Assembly (NCBI GenBank): GCA_963715335.1
Contig: CAVQRZ010000033.1
Location: 1-64,000 of the forward strand
Source: an uncultured delta proteobacterium
Lineage (GTDB): Bacteria; Desulfobacterota; Desulfuromonadia; Desulfuromonadales; BM103
Length of the DNA: 64,000 nt
Direction: 5' to 3'
Shown here: positions 63,122-64,000 of the stretch, piece by piece
Layout of the letters: every line of letters starts with the position of its first letter
How positions within the stretch are numbered: position 1 is the stretch's first letter
The notes under the pieces: generated by a model
What the model saw: the letters and a program-made list of their open reading frames with translations, nothing else
The model's database searches: none
Told to the model about the DNA's origin: nothing
Translations under genes and position numbers: made by a program

Positions 63122-63513
63122 AAACCCTGCCAGTTAAAAGTCATAAACAGGTTGAGCTGATCGACATCACTGACGCTGTCCTCAACGCCATTCTGGAAGA
63201 TGACATTGTCGAAGGACTGGCCGTCATTTACACGCCCCATACCACTGCAGCGATCACAATCAACGAGAATGCCGACCCGGATGTCGGCCGCGATATCATC
63301 ATGGGGGTCAACAAGCTGGTCCCTATGCACGATGATTACCATCACCTCGAGGGCAATAGCGCAGCTCATATCAAAAGCAGCCTGTTCGGTGCCAGCGAAA
63401 CATTGATTATCAATAACGGCAAAGCTGTGCTCGGAACCTGGCAGGGGATCTATTTCTGCGAGTTCGATGGCCCCCGCCAGCGCTGCGTCCACATCCAGAC
63501 TGTCGGCACATGA
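63118..63513 (+). CDS. YjbQ (UPF0047) family protein
   Basis: 'PHTTAAITINEN', 'EGNSAAHIK', 'LGTWQGIYFCEFDGPR'. Confidence 0.92.
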   Translation: MKTLPVKSHKQVELIDITDAVLNAILEDDIVEGLAVIYTPHTTAAITINENADPDVGRDIIMGVNKLVPMHDDYHHLEGNSAAHIKSSLFGASETLIINNGKAVLGTWQGIYFCEFDGPRQRCVHIQTVGT

Positions 63514-64000
63514 ACCTGCCCGTCTCCCTCCAGTCGCTGCCGGATTACGATCCGGGACGCGTGAATGAAGCCCTGCATCTTCTCCTGGAACCACTTGGGG
63601 GAATCGAAAATTTCGTCAAGCCTGGTCAGAAAGTCTTGATCAAGCCCAACCTGCTGGCCGGCAAGAGCCCGGAAAAGGCCGTTACGACTCACCCGGAAAT
63701 TGTCCGGCAGGTCATCCTGCTGGTCCAGAGCGCCGGCGCTGTAGTGACAGTCGGTGATTCTCCGGGGCTTGGCAAGCCGGAGAATGTGGCTCGCAAGTGC
63801 GGTATTTACGATGTTGTCGAAGCAACCGGGGCGCGTTTTGCAGCCTTTGAGGAATCCGTACCGGTTAAATTCGGTTCCGGGACCTTTCATCAACTTGAAG
63901 TAGCCAGGGAAGCACTCGATACGGACATCATTATCAACCTGCCGAAACTCAAGACCCACCAGATGATAGGCTATACCGGTGCGGTCAAGAACCTTTTCGG
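63510..64000 (+). CDS. DUF362 domain protein, truncated by the window end
   Basis: 'VLIKPNLL..AVTTHPE', 'VGDSPG', 'INLPKLKTH....TGAVKN'; absent from the ORF track because it has no stop in the window. Confidence 0.8.
   Translation, partial: MNLPVSLQSLPDYDPGRVNEALHLLLEPLGGIENFVKPGQKVLIKPNLLAGKSPEKAVTTHPEIVRQVILLVQSAGAVVTVGDSPGLGKPENVARKCGIYDVVEATGARFAAFEESVPVKFGSGTFHQLEVAREALDTDIIINLPKLKTHQMIGYTGAVKNLF

Overview
GC-rich chromosomal window from a Desulfuromonadales-like deltaproteobacterium (Desulfuromonas/Geobacter relative, inferred from gene content). Housekeeping content: mrdA-mreD-mreC-mreB, ppiD, purC, tRNA-Ala(GGC), tRNA-Leu(CAA), rpoH with a CIRCE operator, bamD, a succinyl-CoA:acetate CoA-transferase, a peroxiredoxin and xerC. 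Three accessory loci stand out. (1) 46.6-57.8 kb: a four-gene DUF11 operon behind a GEMM-I riboswitch with A at the position-20 equivalent (predicted 3',3'-cGAMP sensor). Its proteins carry split DUF11 domains arranged as tip, cap, head-to-tail shaft subunit and outer-membrane anchor, which suggests a strand-complemented, possibly isopeptide-crosslinked filament. (2) 57.9-60.0 kb: an SbtA-type RiPP precursor missed by the ORF track, with two in-frame UGA (Sec) codons each followed by a SECIS-like hairpin, plus its radical SAM/SPASM maturase. (3) 14-27 kb: a cluster with no luxI in the window that holds a LuxR, a stand-alone autoinducer-binding domain, FadL, two B12-type radical SAM enzymes, PilZ proteins, an HD-GYP phosphodiesterase, a methyltransferase and an M14-like hydrolase. 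Many genes, including mrdA, carry small frameshifts that are probably assembly errors. A ~220-bp dispersed structured repeat occurs twice.
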